From IMG/VR virus record IMGVR_UViG_3300027852_000033, positions 37,905 through 101,904 of that record: a DNA stretch of 64,000 nucleotides; one strand, 5' to 3'. Below are positions 38,401-49,300 of the stretch, in pieces. The translations under genes were made by a program, and so were the position numbers. This DNA is from a virus. Each line of letters opens with the position of its first letter. Positions within the stretch are counted from its first letter, which is position 1. Below the pieces are notes generated by a model. The model made no database searches, was not told where the DNA came from, and saw nothing but the letters and a program-made list of their open reading frames with translations.

Positions 38401-41400
38401 ATATAGCCGAAGGTATAATGGATGCATCTAATGTAGGTATGATGTCAATGTTTCATGCCTTTAATAGAACCGCGTCTGAATTTCTCGGTATAGGCTTGGA
38501 TGAAACTCTTACTACTACCCCTAGAATGTATCTTAAAAAGATGTTCACAAAAAGAGTTGCACCAGTTATTGGAATATCTATGGCATACTCCGTAGTTAAC
38601 CGAATGGCAGATGAATATTTAGATGGCACAATATTTGGTGAGGGAATTGGGGTATTTGGAGCTAATATAATAGCAGGGGCTAGAGTAGCCGCTCAGGGTA
38701 TGTTAGATGTTACTGGTGGTACTGAAACTGCTGCTTATCTCGAAGATTTAATGCCTGGTTCTATAACTTCTCCATTATCTGGATTAGTGAGAGGAATAGG
38801 ACCTATGATAGGTGGGGTATTAGCAGGAGCTAGATTCGGTCCCAGGGCTGCAATTACTGGAGGAGGAATAGGTGGCGCAGTTGGTATGCTATTAGGCGGT
38901 GGTCCACTAGGGGTCTTTGGATTGCATGATATTTCTAAAAGCAGAAAACAGGTAGTAGAAGAACTTATAGGAGAAAGGGAAGTACCTATACGGAAAGCCA
39001 GATTTTGGGAGTTAGGTGCACAAGATTTTCATGGTGGGCGTGTCCAATATTTTCGGCCACATATGTATGCAATGTTAAGAAGTGACTATCAACATGCACC
39101 GGGCTATAAAGATTCTTTAATGACAGAAATGGTAGGAAGTGTAGCGCCTGACATTTATGCTATGAAAAATTACTATTCTCGGCCATACCCTGCTACCGCT
39201 GGTTTATTTTCAGATATTCCAGTATTTAGTAATATGATGCATATGATCCCTGGATCAGATATGGTTACTGGAACAGGAATATCAATGCACCAAGATGAAT
39301 TAGAAGTACCTATGGGGGCTGCATCAACCGGTTATTCTATGGGGCAGGCTGCACAAGCTGGGCTCGGAATAGACAGTATATCGGCCATGTATAAAGATAA
39401 ACAGGGATTATATGGTTTTGCAGAAGGAGGAGCAAATGCAGTTGGTGGAGGAGATATAAATACATTGTTAGCTCCTACCCCTATGGAAATGGGATCGGCA
39501 GAACATGCTATAGGAAATACTATAACTAATATGCAAGATATAGTAGGACTTCGTGGTTTTATAGGTAGTTCTATATTTGGTTCAATAACTGGCCGAAGTG
39601 AATTATTTGACTATGCTCCGGAACTTGCATCCCCTATAGACATAGCAGGTATAAGGCAATCCTACTGGGAGATGGAATTAGGGGGACTTGCGGGATTATG
39701 CCTAGCAGATAATACTCCTATAGAAACTCAAACCAAAGTAAAGAAAGCAGAGGATATTCTGGTAGGAGATAGTATATTATCAAAGGATGGGAAGTATAGA
39801 CCGGTAAAGCGTATATTCAAAAGAAAACTGGATGATAACAAACTTTATGATATCTCGTATAGTGGTATAAATCGTCCACTATCTATTAGCGGAAATCATA
39901 AATTACCCATATATAGAAATCAAAAATGTGTAAAAACAAATACCACATCATGTTGTAAATCTGATACTAAACATAAATGTATTGATTGTGCTTTCAATAT
40001 AAAAACAACTGATCCATTTACTAACTCAAAAATAATCGATATCCCGCCTCATACTGCCATAACCAATAACTATTATTACACTGCATGTAGACAAGAATTC
40101 GCAGAAGTATATGAATATATAGAAAACAATGGAACTGATGATATACCTTCAGATTACCCTAATCGGTTTTTCGGTTTCAAACCATATACTGATGTAGTGA
40201 GACATGTACTTGATCATATCAAAAGAGGCTGGGAAATTAAACGACATCCTTTAACCTGTAAACTATACGAGAAAAATACAGTTGATACCTTAAAAAAAGG
40301 AGATTATCTGCTGCGTGCTATCCCTGTAGTAAATAATTTTCCTAATATAGTAATAGATTTAGGAAAATATGTTCCAGATACTTATTGTATTACAGATAAC
40401 TATATATATAGAAAAGGACTAGATCCTAATTTTATAAAGGCCGTTGAATACTTTGAAAATAATCCGGATATGCTAAATAAATCAGTAAAAGAAATGTCTA
40501 TATTGTTAAATGTTAGTCCTATAAAGATTACGACTGCGCGTACTCATTTCATGTTAAAAAAGGAATCGAAAAGATGGAATAGATATCTTGAGATAAATGA
40601 GGATTTTGCATATTTTATAGGATGGTATCTTGCAGAAGGATATTCATCAGTTGGCAAGGAGATATGTCTTGCATTAAATAGTAATGAAATTGAATATGCT
40701 ACACATCTCAAGACTATCATAACTGGTATTCTAGGGGTTAATGTATATATAGACATAGATAATGAACACCATACCTTAGTACTTAGATTCAGCCATCCTC
40801 CCCTATCATATTTTCTTAAAGCTGAATTAGGTACATATTGTTATAATAAGCGTTTATCTTCTTATTTATGGACAAACAATAAAAGTACCATGCTCTCATA
40901 TATCAAGGGCTTATTCTTTGGCGATGGTACAATAACTAATACCAAGAATAATAAAGGTAATGGTTGTAGTCTCAAAACCACTTCAGAATCTCTTGCATTT
41001 TTATTTCATACTATATTATCAACATTTGGTATAGTAAGTACTATATTTATAGAATACCCTAAAGATCGTAGAGTTGTATATAAAATAGCAGTATATGGAT
41101 ATAACAATATTCTGTTTCGTAATCTATTTGGAATACCTATATCTACCCCTCCCAAAGATATTAGGCGATTAAAGAAGATAGGTAGTAAAGATGGCGTTTT
41201 TATTAAAGGTAATTACATACATTACCGTATATCGAATATAACAACAAAATATTATAATAGATGGGTATATGATTTTGAGGTAGAAAAAGTACACTATTAC
41301 CACTCTAATTTAATTTGTATATGCAATTCTGAAGTCATAAGGCGTTATGTGCCCCATTCTCGCAATCAAATCGATGTATTTAATCCACATGTTAATACCA

Positions 41401-43325
41401 TGCCTGATTGGTTATGTGGTTCAGAATATTATGTGGATTTTAGACACGGGGATCCTTTTGCCGCTGTCCCCATGGGAGAAGCTCGTTTGCCCGGGCCTAG
41501 TTACGAAAGTTTACATAATATAGATCTTTCCATGCCTTTAGAAGCTGATATATTAGGAGAAGAACTCGATTCTCAAATGGCATTTTATCTAGGATTACCA
41601 GAATATATGTCTCATAAAAATAGACTGATTGATATGGTAGAACCTGTTAAAAAAGATATAGAGTTGGCTGCCAGACGTTATGGGAGTATGGTAAAAGGCG
41701 AAACCCATTTGTATGAACCTTCTATAAATTTACATGCTCAAGCTGACGCTATAGTAAAAGATGCTAGTGGTGAGAAAGTTCCGATAAAAATTGTACCTAG
41801 AGGAATTGCAGGAGAAGCTTCCATAAATGCATTTATGGTATTAAGTGATGTAGAGAAGGGGCTACTTATAGAAGTAGATACTGAAACCGGCGATATAGCT
41901 CAACGAATAGTAAATAAAGATATTAGGCGGTTTCAAGCAGATATAGAACGAACAAAATCGGCAGCAGTAGCATCCTATGGTTCTATAAATCAGTTGGAAG
42001 AAGATGGCAAAGCTATGAATTTAGCTAATGCGTATTCATGGTTTGATCGTTTCAAAATCCTAGCAGATGTAGCCCAATATTCAGATAGTTATAAAGTAGC
42101 AGAAGCTATAGTAGACCAACAAATGGCTAGTGGTAGACTAAATGATAGGACGGCTGAATACCAGGTCATAAAGGACCAGATAAGAGAAAAGCAAAAGGCA
42201 CTTGATTTTGATGAATACAGATTTTCAAATATAGGAAAATCCATAACCGAATATGGAAAAGCAAAAGATGAATTTCATCAAGATAACTATAGTTATTTGG
42301 AGCAACAAATAGGTACGCTGTGGGAACGTGCATCGCATTTCAGATCGCCAGTTCATACAAAATTGCTTCATCAAAGTTCCGCCATGGAAGAATACGAAAG
42401 ATCAGTTATGTATGGAAAAGGTGTAAAACTTTGGGAGCAACCAGGTGAGGACTTTTTAGCTTCCTATTATCATCTCGCTAGAGGTGAAAAAGATCCACTA
42501 CAGGGATTTTCTTCATGGGGAGTAGGTGGATATTTATTAGGTGGCGGCCCGGTCGGTTTAGCTATGGGAGCAGCAGGGGCTGGGGTTTCAATGTGGAATC
42601 GCATGTCAGGTAGCACATATATACCTGACAGGGTAGCTCAGCGTCGAGATGTGATGGAACAAATGGATGCGGTAAAATATGCTAAATTCAAAAACCTATT
42701 TCAACAAACAGGGGATAGTGAATATCTTGATAAAGCTAATAGGACTATGACTAGCACTTCAATGCAAAATCAAATATTAAGCCCAATTTCTACTGCGTGG
42801 AATATAGGAGGACCGGATAAGTATTATATAGAGGATATAATAAATAATGTTACTACAGAGAATATAGATAGGGTACGAGACATGTTACCTGAAACTGCAG
42901 TGGCCTCATTGTATCAAGCTATGGGTGATGAAAAACTGGCTACTTTCACCATGGGAAAATTTGCAGAGCGCCAAATGGAAAGAGAGTTACCTGACATTAC
43001 ATCTACTGTATATTCTCCGGATGTCCCAATTGAGAGCCCACTTATTGAAACTTTGGAACAAAGAGGAGTAACCGCTCATGATGCAGGGGTAGGATGGTAT
43101 AGACAAATGGCTACTCTCCAAAGATCAAAACAATTAGGGATATATAAAGACCAAGACCTTTTATATCCGGATGCTTTTCAAGGTAGAGTAACAGTCAAAG
43201 ATTTTGATAATTCATTAACTGATACTGGCCAGTTGCGCAATTTATTATTACAATTTTCAACTAATGTTAGTATTATAGAAGATGGGCAAAGTAGAATAGA
43301 ACTTGAGATAGTAGGTAGGAGTTAA
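35424..43325 (+). CDS. Tape-measure-like / ejected protein precursor containing an intein (2090 aa after splicing)
   Basis: 2633 aa after the chaperone pair; basic helical N-terminus; Gly/Ala-rich hydrophobic segments (GGVLAGARFG...GGAVGMLLGGG; GGYLLGGGPVGLAMGAAGAG); intein; degenerate nuclease-like domain. Confidence 0.7.
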   Translation: MIGGILGFATSMVAWQATAMAVKEGAKWAASTARRSIVKYARYAESARNTRGTRTARHIFDRVSKVEPRLGSRNLTEQTIRTTTAAYRNRMSAAVRRRVLSKQTPKVRKALTVTGKAIGDEISVLPATYVMYRLEKHTAVSPEEKETTASFSKWYLGAPMAFSIGINAALRAKQKGTVKRTTMKVAKKYSRQTRSVVKTGMRGLKHISSEHKYNIADKAIALSRARRMTTENRGLLSLVGSRRPSDIYKHIKNHYKEELPRVKHLREHRLTAIDKQMDKLHETIVEMRAGKKYSTIEPAEKKQYSSETREVMRQVRSIGYQNYEKEVNKRSRILNFVNEVLENAGSTDLQIRRKTARRSTQSGTKDMPLDPSLYSYRGEDFDMGNLSMSSIKDSLIKRAGKGIPQFALSLFGQGDMINYLHSEHAMGSAFRIGRSGSRIYFPHALSSDPLQRESPSDIILSMMGTTASTATRAQRDTASQFLDTRYKLYMKEGMSRGAASNAMKVSANRGELWLAADDILLHSPGGKMGIISKNSKDNKPMFINMGGAPGGKMLDYLQFSSQTNSIGSKLYRNWLGSERYEYFDKIGKVNRHIQLGPTPIERIKDQVEVSGTMGGLRKVLKKFEIGYSQEQSIFSKVAGLMKKHGDPRYTGTLFSKDYLRSERWIDEMLKTDRSIEEFGNIIRGEAKDASDYFWHNMIRKAGGMKRMRPTFKKHSENLPVSMNEFLIYDDQTVSQAKANIDSLHDFLIDISTEKSDKRRLYSWLRDDIKEVKMMQRRFHDNDIPDQKLFDLLGDKFDTNSVTIAGRNRKPTAIDSYNATVFRITTAVMQSIPEEFVAHKFPKHISGEGYREQVTNALDQMFTDSVYNVTKQKERSAYEVSKRLGKVYQDISGSFSEIHPAISENDRAKIVGSIKSSVRHFIGDHTELKPDIDYVVDYHKSRKLKYSAAAPWNFDTRPKVGQPDYDEIFLMPKTWNTGPINKRQIKVGPDQTIDIAEGIMDASNVGMMSMFHAFNRTASEFLGIGLDETLTTTPRMYLKKMFTKRVAPVIGISMAYSVVNRMADEYLDGTIFGEGIGVFGANIIAGARVAAQGMLDVTGGTETAAYLEDLMPGSITSPLSGLVRGIGPMIGGVLAGARFGPRAAITGGGIGGAVGMLLGGGPLGVFGLHDISKSRKQVVEELIGEREVPIRKARFWELGAQDFHGGRVQYFRPHMYAMLRSDYQHAPGYKDSLMTEMVGSVAPDIYAMKNYYSRPYPATAGLFSDIPVFSNMMHMIPGSDMVTGTGISMHQDELEVPMGAASTGYSMGQAAQAGLGIDSISAMYKDKQGLYGFAEGGANAVGGGDINTLLAPTPMEMGSAEHAIGNTITNMQDIVGLRGFIGSSIFGSITGRSELFDYAPELASPIDIAGIRQSYWEMELGGLAGLCLADNTPIETQTKVKKAEDILVGDSILSKDGKYRPVKRIFKRKLDDNKLYDISYSGINRPLSISGNHKLPIYRNQKCVKTNTTSCCKSDTKHKCIDCAFNIKTTDPFTNSKIIDIPPHTAITNNYYYTACRQEFAEVYEYIENNGTDDIPSDYPNRFFGFKPYTDVVRHVLDHIKRGWEIKRHPLTCKLYEKNTVDTLKKGDYLLRAIPVVNNFPNIVIDLGKYVPDTYCITDNYIYRKGLDPNFIKAVEYFENNPDMLNKSVKEMSILLNVSPIKITTARTHFMLKKESKRWNRYLEINEDFAYFIGWYLAEGYSSVGKEICLALNSNEIEYATHLKTIITGILGVNVYIDIDNEHHTLVLRFSHPPLSYFLKAELGTYCYNKRLSSYLWTNNKSTMLSYIKGLFFGDGTITNTKNNKGNGCSLKTTSESLAFLFHTILSTFGIVSTIFIEYPKDRRVVYKIAVYGYNNILFRNLFGIPISTPPKDIRRLKKIGSKDGVFIKGNYIHYRISNITTKYYNRWVYDFEVEKVHYYHSNLICICNSEVIRRYVPHSRNQIDVFNPHVNTMPDWLCGSEYYVDFRHGDPFAAVPMGEARLPGPSYESLHNIDLSMPLEADILGEELDSQMAFYLGLPEYMSHKNRLIDMVEPVKKDIELAARRYGSMVKGETHLYEPSINLHAQADAIVKDASGEKVPIKIVPRGIAGEASINAFMVLSDVEKGLLIEVDTETGDIAQRIVNKDIRRFQADIERTKSAAVASYGSINQLEEDGKAMNLANAYSWFDRFKILADVAQYSDSYKVAEAIVDQQMASGRLNDRTAEYQVIKDQIREKQKALDFDEYRFSNIGKSITEYGKAKDEFHQDNYSYLEQQIGTLWERASHFRSPVHTKLLHQSSAMEEYERSVMYGKGVKLWEQPGEDFLASYYHLARGEKDPLQGFSSWGVGGYLLGGGPVGLAMGAAGAGVSMWNRMSGSTYIPDRVAQRRDVMEQMDAVKYAKFKNLFQQTGDSEYLDKANRTMTSTSMQNQILSPISTAWNIGGPDKYYIEDIINNVTTENIDRVRDMLPETAVASLYQAMGDEKLATFTMGKFAERQMERELPDITSTVYSPDVPIESPLIETLEQRGVTAHDAGVGWYRQMATLQRSKQLGIYKDQDLLYPDAFQGRVTVKDFDNSLTDTGQLRNLLLQFSTNVSIIEDGQSRIELEIVGRS
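39699..41327 (+). mobile_element. Intein (543 aa) with a LAGLIDADG homing endonuclease
   Basis: Block A CLADNTPI, block B ISGNHKLPI, LAGLIDADG motifs FIGWYLAEGY and YIKGLFFGDGT, block F VYDFEV, terminal ICN followed by Ser+1. Spliced junction GGLAGL/SEVIRRY. Confidence 0.92.
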
Positions 43326-43327
43326 AA

Positions 43328-46300
43328 TTGATATTTCGTGATCCGAGAAGAGACACAGTAGATACTTCAGTATCATATCTAAAAACTATGGGGGTACTTT
43401 CCGCTATAGCTTATGGTGGAGTTCGGCTTTCTACCTCATTCACATCTAGTTATAGAGATGCAAAAAGATTAGTGGCCTCCGCTAAATCTATACGTGAGGA
43501 CTGGGCGCAAGCTGCCAGATTATTCCCAGAAATTGAACCTGAAGAAATCAAGAAATTATTACCTAATCAAAGAATAGATCCTATAGTCCCAGCAGGTGTG
43601 CCTGATATTGATAGGATAATAGATACTGATGAATATAAAAGGTTATCACAAGATAACTTAATGTATAGTACTGATCAGGTAATAGAAGAAGAACAATGGG
43701 AGAAAAAAGCAGCAAAGCTACTTACAGATGATGATTTAATAAGAGATTATTCACTATATGAACCCCATGTACGCCAAGAACTGATAGACAAAGTGGATAC
43801 ACTAAATCAAAAAATGAGTCTAACCGGTTCGGAAACCCCATGGGAATTGTCAAAAAAGATGACAGAGGTAACTTCCGCGAAGAATACATTCCTAAAAGAA
43901 TATAGTACTTTACCTAGTATATTAACTGATAATGGAGTAAATATCGAAAAGATATCATCAGATGGTTCGGGATATACTATAAAAATAAAACATGCGGAAT
44001 CAGGTAAATTTGCTACCGTAAATTTACCATCTTATAAAGGAGGTATGATACAAAAAGGAGTAACCGATTGGTTGCCTACCCTAAGTGCCGAGATTGTTAC
44101 TGCGAAAGAACCAGGAGCATATTGGGATGTAGGACAAAAAATATTGGTACACCGGTCTTTCGGCAGTGAGTTACTAGAAGAGGCCCAAAAAATAATTGGC
44201 GCGCGATTTCACATGATAGAACCGGGGATGAATCCGGCACAAGTAGTTGCAAATTCCTTATCTAATGCAGTCGATTCTTTGTTATCAAGAGCAGAAGAAG
44301 CAGGGAGAGTATCTAAACTAGGAGGCATAACCTCTGATAGATTTATACTAAAAGAAGTACTTGAAGCAAAACAAAAACCAGGAACTAAATCAGCCAGAGC
44401 AATAAAATCAACATATGCACAGTTAGTAGAAGGTATCCCGGTAGTTACTCTATCTGTAGAGGGAGAATTAAAAGCAACTGGTAGAGAGATATCAATGGCT
44501 GGTATATCCGAAGCCGCATATGTAAAATCTGGCAAAATAGCTACTGCGCCGGTTATAGGTGCTTTTCCTTATACTCCATTAAATGCCCAATCCCATCTAA
44601 GACCAACTTATGCAAAGAAATTAGTGTCAGGAGAACAACTATCCGTTAATATGTTATCCAGAATATTAGGTCCTACCTCGACTGAAGTACTTGAAAAAAT
44701 ATCAAAAGAGATAGGGAGAGAAGCCATCCCGGGTAAGATGGTTAATATAGGATTCTGGCTTGATGAATTGTACGGGGTAGGAGAAGGTAGCGTAGCCATG
44801 GTAGTAGATACCAGAATAAAATTAGGCGAGAATATTGATCCCACTGCTAAATTTTCAACAAAACAAATAGAAAATATATTATCTGAACATGGGTTAAACC
44901 AAAGTCAGATAGATCAAGTATTTGATTCTACTACCTTAAAAACTAATAATGTATATAAAGGAGGAATAACTATAAATGATATTAAGGACAAAGTAAAGGA
45001 CAACAAATCCATAAAAAAAGAGATAAGGGATATGATAACTCTAGGCAGAAAAAGAGGGTCTACCATTTTAGATACTTTTTCAAGTGTTAACATGTCTATA
45101 ATAGATGTTAAAGAATTTACAAAAGATGAAGCGGGTAAAGCATTTATTCATCCTATTACTAAAGATCTTATACTTAATAAACTTGGCGGCGAGTTTGGCA
45201 AAGAAGGAGCAATAAGTAAGAGCTTACTAAAAGGAAACGAAGCTCCGGTTGTTATAAAAAAAGGACAACCCCTTGGTATAGACCCTGTAAGTAATGAAAT
45301 GAAATTTGCGGATAAGAATCTTAAATTAATACGGATGGAAGTAGATAACGGGCTTATTAGATTTATAGGAGCAGAAGATATACCTCTGGCCCCAGGTCGT
45401 ACTAAACTTAGCACTACAAAGGCCATAGTTAATAAAATAACAACAAGGGAAGAATTAGGCCAACTTATGTTATCCGAGGGGGTATTTGACAAAGAGGCAG
45501 CAAAGTTATATGCCAAGGGGCAAATACCTGGTGCCGCTAATATTATAATGTCCGCAAACCAAATGAAAAAATTACATGGTGGCGGTATAGACCTAGGAAT
45601 AATGAACAAGATGCTTGGGGATATTGCCAAGATGAAATCTATAGAAATAGAAACATGGATAAAACAGGGCAGGATATCTGAATCAGTGAGAGGGGCACAT
45701 ATTGATACACTCAAGAAGGGGCTTCGTGAGGTAATGGTATATATGATGGATAGAGACGGGGTTGATACCGTGCTCGATAAACTCGAAATAGACGCAGGTG
45801 GAGAATTATCTATTAAATTAAAAAATGGGATATCTACGGCACATGATAAGTTTAAAAAACTATCGATTATGGAGAGTCTTATTCTGAAATCACAAACTGG
45901 TAATCAAGCCGCTATTCAAGAATTACATAGAGTATCAGAGAATTTACAAAAGATGGTTAAATCTACTACTGGTGTTGATTATACAATGTCGGTTGGATTA
46001 AAGCAATATAATAAATTATTACAAAGCCCAGGCGATACAATAAAAAATATGCCAGTACTTGTATTTGGTGATAATGGAACCAACCTTAAGGGTGTATTTA
46101 CAAGGACTTTTGAAGCAACTCACCTTGTAAGTATAGATAATTTCACTAAATTTTCAGGAGAGGATAGAGGATTAAACGGTTTTAGTAGAGGACGAAGACA
46201 AGGTATGGATGACATGATAAATGCTCATGCATCCGGATTAAAACATCTTGAACATTATTATAGTGCCCAACTAGACTATAAGTTTCCATATATTTTAGAT

Positions 46301-49300
46301 AAATACGAGGCTGCTTCCGATTGGCTAAGTGATAAACAATTTTCTACAGGGAAAGGAGCGGATACTTATAAGTATAACAATGGACAATGGGTTAGTATAA
46401 CAACAGGCAGGGAAGCAATAGGAGTAGGAGCAACTGGTAAAAAGAAGATGGCAGTGCTTTCACTAAACGATATAAGAGGTATAAAAAACTTCGGTAACGA
46501 AGACTTTGTGACAAGGTTAGTAACTGAATATGAAAATACAAGTAATATATCGGCGGCTAGTAGATTTCGGATAGTAATGGATAATATGAAAGATATGGCA
46601 ATGTTTACAGATGATGCAGATATAGCCGATTTGATAAAAAACAATAACCTGAGTATAGAACAATTAACAAGTCATGGTATGCTAGGTGGTAGAGGAAATA
46701 GTGCCCTTATAGAATCTGAAGTTATGGAAGAGTTAATGAAAGTATTTAACTCTGTCCCGGATGATGCTGTATTGTATATGAAACTTCCCATGGAAGTAGA
46801 TATAAATGGTAAAAAAACAAGATATGTTCCAATGCATAAATTTGACAAATCTGATATTTTTGAATTAGCGGAACACCGTACAGGACCTGATCTTGCTACT
46901 ATAGACAGAGAAGTGATAGGATCATTTTTTACTGGATCTGATTTTGTAACTAACCAAGTAAATTATGTAAGACAGATAGCAAAGATTGAAGAAGAACTCA
47001 GATTACATGCTGGAAATGATACTGTTAAAAAAGAAGCTATGGCACAGCTTAGGGTAGCCACTGCCGATAAAAGTGCAGCCATTCGAGCATCATTTACTGG
47101 TAAACATTCTGCAGCAAATCGTAGATTAATAGAAAATTCTATACCTTTTACTATGCAAGGGAAAGTAATAAGCGCTGAAGGTATACCTTTTGGAGTCAGC
47201 GCTGTATCTGCAGATGATGCAGTGAAGTTTTTTACTGGTGGCGTTGTAGATTCTATGGATATGGCTACTAAATTGACTAATGAAATAGACACTGTAAATA
47301 TTTTGCAAGATAGTTTAAAAAAGGTAGCCAATGTTTTTGACCATGCAACTTCAGGTGAAGCTCTTGATAACTCATTAACTGAATTACTAGAAGGGCTTGC
47401 CGGTATAAAAAGCAAGGTATATACAAAAGATATAGGGAATTTAACCGATACTATTGTTCAATATTGGAATGCCTCCAGACAACAATCTATATTATCAAAA
47501 GAAAAAGTATTAACTATCCCTGGCTCAATTGTAAAAAGATTCCCTACCATATCAGATAGTGCAGGTAGTAAAACTACAAAAATTACACCCAATATATTAA
47601 CTAATATAAAAGATAAGTTAGGTACATATGTAACAAAACATACAACCAATATACAGGAAAGAATTGATGAACGAGCCAAAGTAATGGCCACTGGAAAAAT
47701 GGCTACTGATGTTTTAAAAGATCTCGGCATGGAGTGGTCTGAAGACAATATGTATATGAAATATCCTGGATTAAATTCTACAAAGTATTTTCCAGGTTCG
47801 AGAGTTGTTAGACCGAATCAATTTGTATCTACTAATATATTAGGATATCCCTTGTTATCCAGTGCAGCTACAAAAGATTTACAGTTATCAGTTATAAACG
47901 AGAAAGGAGTATCCCAAAAGCTTATGGAGGAACTCCCTGCTACTGCAGTAAAAGATATACATAAAATGCATAATGCTCCAATATATATTAATAGCATAAC
48001 TGCAGATTCTATGGCAAGAGACTTTGATGGCGATTTAGTATTTATGGAAAATAGAGCTCTTGATTACCTAGAAGATAAACGGTCTCAAATTGATAATACA
48101 ATATCGTTATCTAAATCATTAAATATGACCAGTGAAGATTTCAAAAACTTAAGTCATGAAAGTATGATAAATGGTATACAGGAGCGATTAGCTATAGTCG
48201 GACCAGATAACGAACTTCTTCCAGCTAATAGGCAGTCTATAAAAATGATGTATAGTATATCCGAGGGAGGATATCAAAATCGGATTGTAACGCGTAGTGT
48301 AACAGATGAAATAGATAGAATACTACAGGAATATAATATAAGTGGGACAGAAGCCACTCAAGTTAGGAAAAAAATATATAACAATATAAGAACGAGTACT
48401 ACAGGATTTCTTAATGTTGATCATGCCAACATACAAGATCTAATAAATATAGATATGGCAGTTGTATCTAGAATAAGTACACCTGATGAAACCGAAAGGG
48501 CAAGAGAAATAGCCAAAGAAAAACACAAAGCTAAGTCACTTTTAACAGAAGCGGGATCTGAACAGGAAATGCTCAAGCTTTATCCGGATACTGAATATAA
48601 CATATTAGTAGATAAACTTACTCCAGAAAAACGGATTATACATCAAGCAATGATAGATGATCTGAAATCTCAGTTACCGCAGTTAAGAAAAGAGATGCAA
48701 CTTACCCAGGTATCAAGTTTTATAAATATAAAGGAAGGTACTCCGCCATCTTATAAATTGAGAGCGGCAATAAGACATATATCTGCCAATTTTACAAATA
48801 ATGAAAGAGAGAAAGCATTTTTGGACCTTCTAGCTAGTGAAACAATAGCCCAAAAAACTATATCGTCAAAGCATGGTACCCCTGATGTATTAGATGATCT
48901 TCTTGATACATTTAGAAAACTATCAAATAAAAACATATCATTGGATGATAATATATTTGAAAAAGTGTCAAGATATAATTTTTCAGTAAACTTGGCCCCG
49001 GAAATATCAGAAGAGATGGAAGAATGGGGCATGAAACAACCTGGGGTTAAGGTAGATTATGATACATATGAAGATTATTTATCTAAGAAAAAAGAATATT
49101 TAACAAAGCTTACAGATGTTAATCATAATGCCGACCTTGAGATGGTAGCCGCCATAACCGAAGGTAAAAGTGATATAAGAACCCTTAAAAATACTAGAGT
49201 AAAACATATAGATGGCAAGATGCAAAACTATAAAATGGTAAATCGCGGGGGAGAAAGTAAAAAAATAGCTCTGAAATATTGGGGATATGGATCCGCATTA

